A stretch of 37,784 nt of DNA from a virus (lineage: Duplodnaviria; Caudoviricetes): positions 1 through 37,784 of IMG/VR virus record IMGVR_UViG_3300037045_000081. The stretch is one strand, 5' to 3'. How positions within the stretch are numbered: position 1 is the stretch's first letter; every line of letters starts with the position of its first letter. The notes under the pieces are model-generated. The model made no database searches. It saw only the letters and a program-made list of their open reading frames with translations, and was not told the origin of the DNA. Shown here one piece after another: positions 1-8,473 of the stretch. Both the position numbers and the translations under genes were made by a program.

Positions 1-127
1 TTACCAAGCCGGAGACATCGCAGGATGCGACGCCCTGGCGGACCAGGAAGCGAACCTTTCCGAGGACCTAGATATTGCATTTAATTCCATGCAGAAAAAA
101 TAGACCGAAATGTCAATTATACCACTT
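1..127. repeat. Terminal direct repeat, left copy (assembly overlap)
   Basis: Identical to 37658-37784; 127 is a common assembler k-mer size and the repeat cuts through a gene. Confidence 0.95.
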
Positions 128-154
128 GACAATACCGGACGTTGGGTTTATATT
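126..154 (+). promoter_or_regulatory. sigma70 promoter with pseudo-palindromic operator in the spacer
   Basis: TTGACA(126-131)-17 bp-TATATT(149-154); ACCGGAC|GTTGGGT at 134-147. Confidence 0.85.
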
Positions 155-180
155 ATATACATAGAGTAAGGGAGGATGAT

Positions 181-468
181 ATGGACGAAATGATGGAAAC
201 CAAAGTTGAAAAGCTGATTGCGATGGGCGGGAAAAAGTGGGAGAAGGCCGGACTGTCCAGGATCTACTTCAATGACAGCGCCATCGAAAAACTCCTTGGC
301 TTGACGGTGACCAGGTACAACGGCGGCAACGTCAGCTCCGCAAAAGACCTAAACGGCGAGCGCGTAAGCAACAGCAAAGCCCACATGATGCTTAGCAACT
401 CCCGCAAGGCTTACTATGATATACATACTGATACTTTCCATGACTTTGGTGGCAAAGTTTACTTCTGA
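181..468 (+). CDS. Small early protein, unknown function (WEKxGxxRIYFN motif)
   Basis: GGAGG at 171-175 then ATG 181; the TTG at 142 lies inside the promoter. Confidence 0.8.
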   Translation: MDEMMETKVEKLIAMGGKKWEKAGLSRIYFNDSAIEKLLGLTVTRYNGGNVSSAKDLNGERVSNSKAHMMLSNSRKAYYDIHTDTFHDFGGKVYF

Positions 469-480
469 AAGGAGGACGAT

Positions 481-717
481 ATGAAGATGACTAAAAAAGC
501 GTTGATCGAGGCGATCGAGAATGACGGCCGATACAGGGCCGTCAAAGTTGAAGGCGATGCCGTGACCGGCGTCCCGGTCAACGAGCCTTCCAACTACCAC
601 GCCGAGACCAACACCGGCGGGCGAAGATTCTTAGGCTGGGACACCGAACTCCTGGCCGCCCTGGTGGACGCGGGGAAAGTAAGCCCCGAAGACGCAGAAA
701 CCTACACCAACATATAA
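481..717 (+). CDS. Small early protein, unknown function
   Basis: GGAGG at 471-475; same GGAGGAYGATATG leader as the previous gene. Confidence 0.8.
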   Translation: MKMTKKALIEAIENDGRYRAVKVEGDAVTGVPVNEPSNYHAETNTGGRRFLGWDTELLAALVDAGKVSPEDAETYTNI

Positions 718-728
718 GGAGCGACGCG

Positions 729-1067
729 ATGAATAAACAGGGAAGAGAGAATATTATGAGCAGCGAAAAAGTATTCGAATTGTCCCACAGGGATGCAATG
801 CTCCGAGCGGCCGAGGCATACGAGAGGGACGCCGAGGATGCAGAGATTGACGGGAACGGGGACCCGGAATATCTCCGGGCCAGCGCCGCAGCTTGCCGCC
901 GCGAGGCGGAGAGAGATCCGCACGGGATAGCGGAAGCCCGAAGGGCAGGGAAAGCCCTGGGCAGAATCCGCACCGAAAAGAAAGCTGCTGCAGCCCGCGA
1001 GAACGGGAAAAAAGGCGGCCGGCCGAGGAAAAACGTTTCGCCACGTGGTAGTGGCGAAATTCAATAA
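729..1067 (+). CDS. Putative DNA-binding protein: acidic N-terminal part plus basic KKAAAARENGKKGGRPRK (AT-hook-like) tail
   Basis: AAGGAG RBS; GRPRK motif; alternative start at 757. Confidence 0.7.
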   Translation: MNKQGRENIMSSEKVFELSHRDAMLRAAEAYERDAEDAEIDGNGDPEYLRASAAACRREAERDPHGIAEARRAGKALGRIRTEKKAAAARENGKKGGRPRKNVSPRGSGEIQ

Positions 1068-1260
1068 TTGGGGCATCAGGAACCCAAGACCGAGCCCCAG
1101 GAATAAACAGAAACCCCTGGCAATATGGACATTTTTGTCCGCACGCGTCCAGGTTATTTAGCCCTTGGGGATAGCAAACCGTTTGGAAATCCTTTTAATA
1201 CAAGGAAATCTGAACGGTTTTTTTATATACATGGCGAAACGCGTGACAAAACGCCGGACA
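1036..1260. other. Putative attP region
   Basis: Mostly non-coding gap next to the integrase; TGGCGAAA at 1052 and 1232 and inverted at 1036; GGACA-TTTT-TGTCC palindrome near 1127-1140; imperfect hairpin 1176-1220 followed by a T run. Confidence 0.45.
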
Positions 1261-1278
1261 GATACTATATATAGTGGT

Positions 1279-2448
1279 ATGGCTAGACCAAGAAAACCAA
1301 TCAGAGCGCAAAAAATCGCAGACGGAAGATACCGGATAGCCTTCGACGACGCCCCCGGCTGGTGGTTCAATTCGCCCTACGAATCGGAGAAGGCAGCAAT
1401 TCAATGGGGAGAAAGGAACAAGCACAGCCTCCTCCGGCGGCACATTAAAGACACGCGCTTCGATCGCCTGGCATCCGGTTTTTTCGACGACGGGAGCCCG
1501 TGGAACCGAGACCAGGAGGACCGAGGGAGAACCAGGATCCCGGCCACGGTCAGAGTATACCAGGGCCTAGTCAAGGACCATTTAATCCCAGAATTCGGAG
1601 CCCTGGACGTCCAGGACATGACGACCAAGACAATCGACGACGGGATAAAGAGCGCCCGGACCATAATAAATCGCGGGGGGATCCACAAACCCCTAGCCCG
1701 AGGGACGCGGAATAAACTGATTTACGCCCTTTCCCTTATGTTCACATTTTGGAAGACCGAGGGCCTGGTCAGCCAGAACCCCCTCGAGGACCTGGTCAGA
1801 TATAGCCGGGATCCGGAAAAGCCAAGATCCGCCCTCCCGCGTTCCGTGCTTCCCAGGCTATACCCGGACACCCACGGGGAAGCGGTCAAGGTATGGGGAA
1901 GCCCCCTATGGATCGCATTTTTTTACATCCTGAACGACACCGGGGCCAGACCCGGAGAGGTCCGAGCCCTCCGATGGGGACAGGTAGACATGGCCAGAGG
2001 TTTTATACCGCTACGCACCGCGATTCAAACCGGGACTAAAGACACGGTCAAAGGGACAAAATCCGGCGCCGTGAAGCCGGGCTATATTTCAGAGCGGACG
2101 ATCCAGGAATTGGAGATATTCCGAGCGGAAAGCAAATTTTGCGACGATATGGATTTTATTTTTACCAAGAACGGGGCCCCGATAAGCGGGACCGCCTACA
2201 TGAAGGCATTCAGGACAGCACTAAAAAACACCGGCTACGAAGGAGAGGGCTGGACGCCCTACTGGCTGCGCCATTCATTCGGGACCTACGGCCTCGAGAT
2301 CCTAGACGAAAAGGAACTTATGCTTTTGATGGGCCACGCATCGGTCATTACATCCAAGATATACCGCCACCCGGATGACCAGACCGTATATAGGCAGGGA
2401 TACGCCGCAAAGGTCGCCCTGGACAAGGCCAGGAATGACCCTAAATAG
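1279..2448 (+). CDS. int: Tyrosine recombinase / phage integrase
   Basis: TGARPGEVRALRW (catalytic R), TPYWLRHSFGT, MGHAS..TSKIY (H and Y); frame open from 1165, ATG 1279 preferred. Confidence 0.92.
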   Translation: MARPRKPIRAQKIADGRYRIAFDDAPGWWFNSPYESEKAAIQWGERNKHSLLRRHIKDTRFDRLASGFFDDGSPWNRDQEDRGRTRIPATVRVYQGLVKDHLIPEFGALDVQDMTTKTIDDGIKSARTIINRGGIHKPLARGTRNKLIYALSLMFTFWKTEGLVSQNPLEDLVRYSRDPEKPRSALPRSVLPRLYPDTHGEAVKVWGSPLWIAFFYILNDTGARPGEVRALRWGQVDMARGFIPLRTAIQTGTKDTVKGTKSGAVKPGYISERTIQELEIFRAESKFCDDMDFIFTKNGAPISGTAYMKAFRTALKNTGYEGEGWTPYWLRHSFGTYGLEILDEKELMLLMGHASVITSKIYRHPDDQTVYRQGYAAKVALDKARNDPK

Positions 2449-2668
2449 ATGACCAGGAATCTAGATCAAAGCCATTCCCTGGCAAGATATTTTCCTCAAT
2501 AATCGCTTCGATTTCCTTATTGACCGACCGTTTATTGATTTTCGCCCGGCGTTGAATTTTTTCCATTAAAGCCTTGGGAATCCGTAGCGTATAACGCCCA
2601 AGACCCCCGTCATTTACGCTAGAACTAGAACCAGAACCACCCGAATAATCAACATCATATTGCACCAT
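2441..2668 (-). CDS. Arc-family RHH repressor
   Basis: RYTLRIPKALMEKIQRRAKINKRSVNKEI matches the Arc pattern; GGAGG RBS on the minus strand. Confidence 0.88.
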   Translation of the reverse strand: MVQYDVDYSGGSGSSSSVNDGGLGRYTLRIPKALMEKIQRRAKINKRSVNKEIEAIIEENILPGNGFDLDSWSSI

Positions 2669-2849
2669 TTAGACGCCTCCTGACCCATATTTTCGTCCCA
2701 TGCAAGCAAATAAGCAAGAGACGCTTCCTTTTTTCAATGATTTATTTATTAGAATTTTACTATTTAATGGGCCAGAATACGGCAGATTTTTACACTAAAG
2801 CAAAAAAACAATCAATACAAAAAAAGACAATTTTTCCCATTCCTGGGGC

Positions 2850-2895
2850 TTGCATTTATCCAAAAAGACGCCATAATGACGTCAGATTGACGCCA
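2850..2895 (+). promoter_or_regulatory. Early rightward promoter with three GACGYCA boxes
   Basis: TTGCAT(2850-55)-16 bp-CATAAT(2872-77); boxes at 2867, 2878 and 2889 (11-bp period). Confidence 0.7.
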
Positions 2896-2906
2896 CAGGA
2901 GGAAGG

Positions 2907-3386
2907 ATGGAAAAGATCGTGAGCCTTGAGGACCCTATCGAAATTGTAATTTATATCCCGAGGGGAACCGAAGCCAAAGCGAAGGCTGCAGCCACAGAGG
3001 CCGGCCAGAGCGTTGAGGCATGGATCCTCGACCAGATAGTCGGAGCCATGGAGGATCCCAGCCCGCGCCAGGACCTAGCCGGAGCGATCGCCTCCCTGCA
3101 GCGGACGGTCAAGGAAACGAAAAAAATACTTTCCGAGATCCACAAAGAGGAAACCCTCACCATAAGCGAGATCGCAGCCAGGCGGGGCGTTTCCAGGTCG
3201 AGCATATACGAACACCCCTGGAGACTACCGAATTTCGGCGTTCCAGACTTCGCAGCCAGGCCGCGCCGATGGAAGCTATCCACCGTCCTGGCCTGGGAAG
3301 CGGTCGACGAAGACACCCACAAGGCGGAATGGGAGACCATGGACGGCCGAACAAAAGCGAGGATTCGCAAGAGGTCGGCCGCATGA
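2907..3386 (+). CDS. Regulator: RHH-like N-terminus, coiled coil, AlpA/Xis-like HTH
   Basis: IVIYIP..AKAAA..GQSVEAWI; LTISEIAARRGVSRSSIY..RRWKLSTVLAWE; AGGAGG RBS. Confidence 0.7.
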   Translation: MEKIVSLEDPIEIVIYIPRGTEAKAKAAATEAGQSVEAWILDQIVGAMEDPSPRQDLAGAIASLQRTVKETKKILSEIHKEETLTISEIAARRGVSRSSIYEHPWRLPNFGVPDFAARPRRWKLSTVLAWEAVDEDTHKAEWETMDGRTKARIRKRSAA

Positions 3387-3826
3387 AAAAGACGGCCACG
3401 GAGCGAACCTGGGCATGGATCCCGGTCGCCGCATTTTCGGCTATCGGGACACCCAAGGCCCAGCCCAGGACCCGGCCCTGCTACAGGGGGTCCCGCCTTG
3501 GAGTCTACACCCCCGAGACGGCCGAATCATGGAAAGACATCGTCAGAATCGCAGCGTTAGAATTTAGCGGCCTCGAGATATCCGGACCAATCCGACTCGA
3601 GGCCGTTTTTATTTTGCCCAGGCCAAAAACCAAGAAGGCGGAGCGTTTCGTCGCCACAAAGCCCGACATTGACAACCTGACAAAACCAGTAATGGACGCG
3701 CTCTCAAGTATCCGCCTATGGAGGGACGACCGCCAGGTCGGGGCCATGGTAGTCGAAAAAGTATACCAAAAAGCCGGGGAGGCTCCCGGCCTAGTCGTAA
3801 CAATCCACGAATGGAGGGAGGAATAG
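3383..3826 (+). CDS. rusA: RusA-family Holliday junction resolvase
   Basis: KPDIDNLTKPVMDAL..WRDDRQV; ATGA overlap with the upstream gene. Confidence 0.9.
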   Translation: MKKTATERTWAWIPVAAFSAIGTPKAQPRTRPCYRGSRLGVYTPETAESWKDIVRIAALEFSGLEISGPIRLEAVFILPRPKTKKAERFVATKPDIDNLTKPVMDALSSIRLWRDDRQVGAMVVEKVYQKAGEAPGLVVTIHEWREE

Positions 3827-3829
3827 AAA

Positions 3830-4012
3830 ATGGGGAAGCGAAGCAAGAACGAGAAAATCCGAAGGATCCGAAAAGCCCTATGGGGAATCAGGCTGCGAAC
3901 CGGGACGCGGGCCGGATGGATTATGGCGGAGGAGCGATTCTGGATGGGATTAGGCGGAGGCATGGTAGCCGGGTTTTTTGTCGCCGTAATCGTGGCATTC
4001 GCCAACAGCTAA
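3830..4012 (+). CDS. Small membrane protein
   Basis: GGAGG RBS; basic N-terminus and C-terminal hydrophobic helix. Confidence 0.6.
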   Translation: MGKRSKNEKIRRIRKALWGIRLRTGTRAGWIMAEERFWMGLGGGMVAGFFVAVIVAFANS

Positions 4013-4023
4013 GAGGTCGCCCA

Positions 4024-4149
4024 ATGAAAAACCTTATCAAGAAAGTATGCAGCGAAGCCCAGGCCATCGGAAAGGCTATTTTTTGGACATTCTACGGGCC
4101 GAATTCGAGGTCCGAAGTCCGATACAGCCAGACGGAGGGCCGGGAATGA
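4024..4149 (+). CDS. Hypothetical 41-aa protein
   Basis: GAGGT RBS; ATGA overlap with the next gene. Confidence 0.45.
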   Translation: MKNLIKKVCSEAQAIGKAIFWTFYGPNSRSEVRYSQTEGRE

Positions 4150-4427
4150 ATACAGCCCACGAAGCAGCAGGCAGGCCCGGAGGCCAACCAATCGAGGTAT
4201 GGATTGACGGGAAGCATTATCCAGACATAACGACCGCAAGGATGGAATTCCAGGCCCTGACCGGACGAAAGCGCCGGGATTTTACCCAGGCCCTTTACAC
4301 GACGGGAGACTACAGAGGTCACCGCGTTTCCTTGTCTCCACCGCGAAGACACGAAACACCCAAGCCAAAACGACCAGAGGGGATCCTTTTATGGGGCCAT
4401 TGCGTCCACCGCCTCGGCACATATTAG
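4146..4427 (+). CDS. Hypothetical protein
   Basis: GGAGG RBS; ATG 4146 coupled to the previous stop. Confidence 0.65.
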   Translation: MNTAHEAAGRPGGQPIEVWIDGKHYPDITTARMEFQALTGRKRRDFTQALYTTGDYRGHRVSLSPPRRHETPKPKRPEGILLWGHCVHRLGTY

Positions 4428-4439
4428 GAGGAAATTACC

Positions 4440-4766
4440 GTGATTGAATTTTATCATCCAGAATTCGACATGGGCCAGGATCCAGCCCAGGAAACGAAGA
4501 TCCAGAAATTCCTCGCATTCCACCGGAAGCACCCGGAAGTATTCGAGGCTATCCGCAATGAAGCGCGGGTCCTTTACCCGGCGAAATATATGTCGATGCG
4601 CCGCATCATCAAAAACTTACGGGCAACATCGTTGGGACTACTCAAAATAAATAACAATTACGCGCCCTATTACACAGACGTCCTAATCGAGCTTGAACCC
4701 TGCTACGACGGCCGATTCCAGCGACGGGGGAGGGCCCTCCGGACCATGAAAAAGGTCCCCGCATGA
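4440..4766 (+). CDS. Phage hypothetical protein (FH..HPEVF / INNNYAPYY motifs)
   Basis: AGGAGG RBS; GTG start. Confidence 0.75.
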   Translation: MIEFYHPEFDMGQDPAQETKIQKFLAFHRKHPEVFEAIRNEARVLYPAKYMSMRRIIKNLRATSLGLLKINNNYAPYYTDVLIELEPCYDGRFQRRGRALRTMKKVPA

Positions 4767-4776
4767 AGGAGCAACT

Positions 4777-5238
4777 ATGGATTTATGGATAGGAGTCGAC
4801 CTAGACGGGACCCTCGCAAAGTATTACGGATGGAAAGGGCCTGGCCATATAGGCCCGTCAATCCCGCGCATGGTTGAAAAAGTAAAACGGCTACAGGCGG
4901 CCGGCGTCAAGGTAAAAATCTTTACGGCCAGAGTCTCAAGCAATAACCCAGGGAAAGAGGAATCGGAAGCAGCTATCGAGGCATGGACGCGGGAGATATT
5001 TGGAGAGCCCATACCCGCCACGGCCGAAAAAGACTTTTACATGATCGCAGTCTATGACGATCGAAGTATCCAAGTAATCCCGAACACAGGGGAAACGATA
5101 ATTGACCGACTAGAGAGAATCGCGTTCCTAAGAAGGGAAATAGCCAGAGCCGAGGACCCGAGCCACAAAGGTTTTTTCCATCTTGCCATGGCCATAATCG
5201 ACGAAATCCTAGCCGAAACAAAGGACTCAAACCCATGA
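4777..5238 (+). CDS. HAD-superfamily phosphatase (PNK-phosphatase-like)
   Basis: IGVDLDGTL (DxDGT), IFTAR, YDDR. Confidence 0.85.
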   Translation: MDLWIGVDLDGTLAKYYGWKGPGHIGPSIPRMVEKVKRLQAAGVKVKIFTARVSSNNPGKEESEAAIEAWTREIFGEPIPATAEKDFYMIAVYDDRSIQVIPNTGETIIDRLERIAFLRREIARAEDPSHKGFFHLAMAIIDEILAETKDSNP

Positions 5239-5522
5239 CGCCCCGCGATGAGCTTTTAGCCAGCCGGGGAATAGTAATCCGTGCCGAGGCCAGATTTTCG
5301 GAATTCCACGCGAAGGAAGGGAAGGAGCTGACCGCGACGACCGTCACCGTATCCCGGTCAGAGATCCAAGCCCTGCGGAACACCCTCGAGGCATACGTTC
5401 ACCAATCACGCGAAATTATCCGCCTCGAGGAGATCCTCCGGGACCAGATAAAGGCAGTAGAGGACCAGAGCCAGGGCCTACTTTTCACCCCGGAAGATCC
5501 TCCCCATCCCCGGCCTGCATGA
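5235..5522 (+). CDS. Hypothetical protein
   Basis: ATGA overlap; AAGGA RBS. Confidence 0.6.
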   Translation: MTPRDELLASRGIVIRAEARFSEFHAKEGKELTATTVTVSRSEIQALRNTLEAYVHQSREIIRLEEILRDQIKAVEDQSQGLLFTPEDPPHPRPA

Positions 5523-5694
5523 GTAGATCCGGATATTTGGCGCGGAGGTATTGCACCACCGCCCACAAGCAAAGGCCGGCCAGCGTCCGGCCTTCATTTT
5601 TCGCTGCCTGCACGATAGCAGCCCGAAGCCCAGGTTTCACACGCACCATAATTCCAGAGGAGGCCCCACCCTTGGGGGATTCATTTATAGCCAT
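5485..5694 (-). CDS. Second RHH (Arc/CopG-like) regulator, probably leaderless
   Basis: IMVRVKPGLRAAIVQAAKNEGRTLAGLC; has its own minus-strand promoter. Confidence 0.75.
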   Translation of the reverse strand: MAINESPKGGASSGIMVRVKPGLRAAIVQAAKNEGRTLAGLCLWAVVQYLRAKYPDLLMQAGDGEDLPG

Positions 5695-5700
5695 ACAGTC

Positions 5701-5796
5701 AAGATAACAGAGAGTTACTTTTTATGTCAATCTGCAAATAATCGCTTGCATATTGCAAACAGTAACTATATACTTCCATCAGTAACGGATGGTTAC
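5701..5796. promoter_or_regulatory. Back-to-back promoters with RTAAC-N5-GTTAC operators
   Basis: Minus: TTGACA(5730-25)-18 bp-TATCTT(5706-01) with TG extension. Plus: TTGCAT(5746-51)-17 bp-TATACT(5769-74). Operators at 5704-5718 and 5782-5796. Confidence 0.8.
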
Positions 5797-5820
5797 ACAA
5801 GATAAGAAAGGGGAGGAAGA

Positions 5821-6017
5821 ATGGAAACCATGTTTTATGACGTAGAGGAGGCCGCGAAAATGCTCCACTACACGACCACCACGGTCAGGACCAAGATCCG
5901 GGCCGGGGACATTCCCGCGAACCAGGTCGGCCGGAAATACTTATCCCGGCCGAGTATTTCAAAAGGATTCGGGCCGCTGCGCTCGTTTCCAAACCATGCA
6001 AGGAGGTCACGAATTGA
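5821..6017 (+). pseudogene. Excisionase-like HTH (HTH_17/MerR-type) with apparent 1-nt deletion near 5940
   Basis: YDVEEAAKML..TVRTKIRAGDIPANQVGRKY continues as LIPAEYFKRIR in the -1 frame and ends at TGA 6015-17, overlapping the next start. Confidence 0.65.
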
Positions 6018-7039
6018 ATCCATTCGAGGATGAGAGGAACCTAGCCCCCACCCAGGGAGGCGGAGCGGTCGCCGTGGAGAGCAATCGGGCGATCGCGGAG
6101 GTACAAGCCCAGGTCATCATGGCCAGGCACTACCCGAGGAACCAGGTCCTGGCCATGGACAGGATCCTCCAGGAATGCGAACGCGTCACCCTGGCCGAGC
6201 GGGCGATATACAGCTACCCCAAGGGAGGGACTCAGGTATCAGGGCCATCGATCCGCCTTGCCGAAGCCATCGCCAGGGCCTGGGGAAACATGGCCGCAGG
6301 AGTCACCGAGGTCGAGCGAGTAGGGAACGAAAGCCAAATGCTCGCCTACGCATGGGACCTTGAGACGAATACAGTTTTCCGCCGGGAATTCAAGGTCAAA
6401 CACCTCCGAGACACCAAAGAGGGTCCCAAGGCCCTCCGGGATGAAAGGGACGTTTACGAGCTGACCGCCAACCAGGGAGCCCGCCGCCTCCGGGCTTGCA
6501 TCCTGGCCACGATTCCCGGCGACGTAGTAGACGCGGCCGTCGCACAATGCGAAAGGACCATGACCGCCAGCGTAGGGGACCTTCCCGGCGCGATTAAAAA
6601 AATGGTCGAGAAATTCCAGGAAATCGGCGTCACAAAGCAGCAGATCGAGGCCCGCCTGGGCCACAGAATCGACGCCACCCAGGCCGGGGAGATCGTAGGG
6701 CTCCGGAACATTTATAACAGCATCAGGGACGGCCTCGCCGTTGCCGGCGATTTTTTCCACACCCCAAAAGAGCCCGAGGACTACGTCAAGCCGGTTTCAA
6801 CCGCAGCCCAGCCCCCGCAAAACCAAGCCCCAGCAGCACCCCAGGAAGAACCTACCATTGACGACCTGTGGGGAGAATTGACCGCATTCGCAGCCCTTCC
6901 CACCTTGCCGGCGGCTGCCCGTAAGGAGATCCAGGAAGCAAATTCCGAGGACGAAAAAGACCCGGAAAAATTAAAGGCCCTGCTCGCAAAAGTAAGGACC
7001 GCAGCACAGACCGCGCAGACCGCGCAGAGGAGAAAATAG
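6014..7039 (+). CDS. Putative single-strand annealing / recombination protein
   Basis: AGGAGG(6001-06) then TTG 6014; YSYPKGG..SGPSIRLAEAIARAWGN motif; clustered with exonuclease and SSB. Confidence 0.65.
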   Translation: MNPFEDERNLAPTQGGGAVAVESNRAIAEVQAQVIMARHYPRNQVLAMDRILQECERVTLAERAIYSYPKGGTQVSGPSIRLAEAIARAWGNMAAGVTEVERVGNESQMLAYAWDLETNTVFRREFKVKHLRDTKEGPKALRDERDVYELTANQGARRLRACILATIPGDVVDAAVAQCERTMTASVGDLPGAIKKMVEKFQEIGVTKQQIEARLGHRIDATQAGEIVGLRNIYNSIRDGLAVAGDFFHTPKEPEDYVKPVSTAAQPPQNQAPAAPQEEPTIDDLWGELTAFAALPTLPAAARKEIQEANSEDEKDPEKLKALLAKVRTAAQTAQTAQRRK

Positions 7040-7041
7040 AA

Positions 7042-7719
7042 ATGTTCGACCAGACCATCGAAATGGAAGCCACCCGCGAGAAGGCCGAGATCCAAACCAC
7101 TACCCAAGCCCTCCAGGTCGTCGACCAGGAAAGCTACAATTTCGCGGACCAGATCGCCGCCCGATGCGCCCGCGCCATCAAGAAGATCGAAACGGACTGC
7201 GCCCCCGCCATCGAGGCAGCACACAAGGCCCACAAGGCCGCCCTGGCCCAACGGGATAATTGGATCGCCCCGATAAAGACCCTCAAGGCCGACATTGACG
7301 CCAAGATGAAAACCTGGTGGAGGAAGGAGCAAGAGCGCCTCGAGCAGATCCGCCGCTATGAGGAGGAAAAGGCCCGCAGGGAGGCCGAGGAGAGAGCCCT
7401 GGAGGAAGCCCAGGCCCTCGAGGACATGGGATTTACCGATGCAGCCGACGAGATCCTCGCGGCCCCCGTAGTAACCCCCACAATCCATATCCAGGAACCG
7501 CAAAAAGGCGCCGGCGTATCCTACCGCGAAAATTGGAAAGCGGAGGTCGTCGACATAAACGCCCTGATCAAAGCCATCGCCGCAGGGCTGGCCCCAGCCG
7601 CCTACCTTATGCCGAACGAGAGCGCCCTGAACGCAGCCGCAAAGGCATTCAAGGGAACCGTCCAGATTCCCGGCGTAGTATTCAAGACCGAATTGATCCA
7701 GGCGAGGCGAATAGCATGA
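7042..7719 (+). CDS. Coiled-coil protein of the recombination module
   Basis: AGGAG RBS; long helical region; C-terminal W..EVVD..IPGV motif. Confidence 0.7.
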   Translation: MFDQTIEMEATREKAEIQTTTQALQVVDQESYNFADQIAARCARAIKKIETDCAPAIEAAHKAHKAALAQRDNWIAPIKTLKADIDAKMKTWWRKEQERLEQIRRYEEEKARREAEERALEEAQALEDMGFTDAADEILAAPVVTPTIHIQEPQKGAGVSYRENWKAEVVDINALIKAIAAGLAPAAYLMPNESALNAAAKAFKGTVQIPGVVFKTELIQARRIA

Positions 7720-8288
7720 TTTTCGATCCCGCCCGCCACGAATACCGAGACGGAGAGGAAAGGATCCTTTCCGTAACCCAGGTCCTCAAGCGGGCGGGGC
7801 TAATCGACGATCGCTGGTACACCGAAGAAGCCAGGGACCGAGGGAGCGCCGTGCATAAATTTTGCCAGATTTACGCCGAAGGGATCCGCCACGATCGCCA
7901 AGGCAGGGAATTGGCCGGCCTCCAGTACGTCGCCGGCCTTGCCCGATGGATGGAGGAAACCCGAGCCTACGCCATCCATACCGAGCGCATGATTGAAAAT
8001 ACCCTGAACGGCTACCGATACGCGGGGACCTATGACCTCCTCGCGGAGATCCACGGAGCCAGAATATTGATCGACTACAAGACAGGCCCGGCGGCACATT
8101 GGCATCCAGCCCAAATAGCCGCCTACAGCCTCGCAGAGAAACCCAGGGCTGCAGGGATCCTATACCTACGAGCAGACAAGCCAGCCATAGAGCGCCGACT
8201 AAGCGGCAGCGAACTTTTACACGCAATAGACGCATTCAAGAGGGCCCTCGAGAAGGCCCACGAAAACCCCCAGGAGGATGACCTGTGA
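7716..8288 (+). CDS. PD-(D/E)XK exonuclease
   Basis: FDPARHEY..SVTQVL..RGSAVH..E..AGTYDL..IDYKTG..QIAAY. Confidence 0.85.
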   Translation: MIFDPARHEYRDGEERILSVTQVLKRAGLIDDRWYTEEARDRGSAVHKFCQIYAEGIRHDRQGRELAGLQYVAGLARWMEETRAYAIHTERMIENTLNGYRYAGTYDLLAEIHGARILIDYKTGPAAHWHPAQIAAYSLAEKPRAAGILYLRADKPAIERRLSGSELLHAIDAFKRALEKAHENPQEDDL

Positions 8289-8473
8289 AAAAGTATTTTG
8301 TCGAAGCAGTTTGCACAACCAAGGGATTAAACAAGGTTAAAACGTTCACGTTCGAGGCCAAGGACGAGGAGGAAGCAATCGGATTCGCAGAGGCCAGACT
8401 TTCCCGAATGTATCCACTTTTCACATGGAACTACAAAGCAGGGAAACTCGTAAAGACCGAGGTCGAAGCATGA
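8285..8473 (+). CDS. Hypothetical protein
   Basis: AGGAGG RBS; GTGA and ATGA overlaps at both ends. Confidence 0.65.
   Translation: MKKYFVEAVCTTKGLNKVKTFTFEAKDEEEAIGFAEARLSRMYPLFTWNYKAGKLVKTEVEA

Noticed and set aside
1-127. 127-bp terminal repeat as a biological DTR
   Set aside because: The length matches an assembler k-mer and it cuts through a gene; it indicates circularity only
1152-1176. tRNA 3'-end fragment as att core
   Set aside because: No TTC T-loop or CCA match that I can assign to a tRNA
2737-2922. 61-aa ORF in the switch region
   Set aside because: AT-rich intergenic DNA overlapping the promoter and operators; no RBS
7716-8288. Cas4 or CRISPR-associated nuclease
   Set aside because: No Fe-S cysteine cluster; the context is a recombination module
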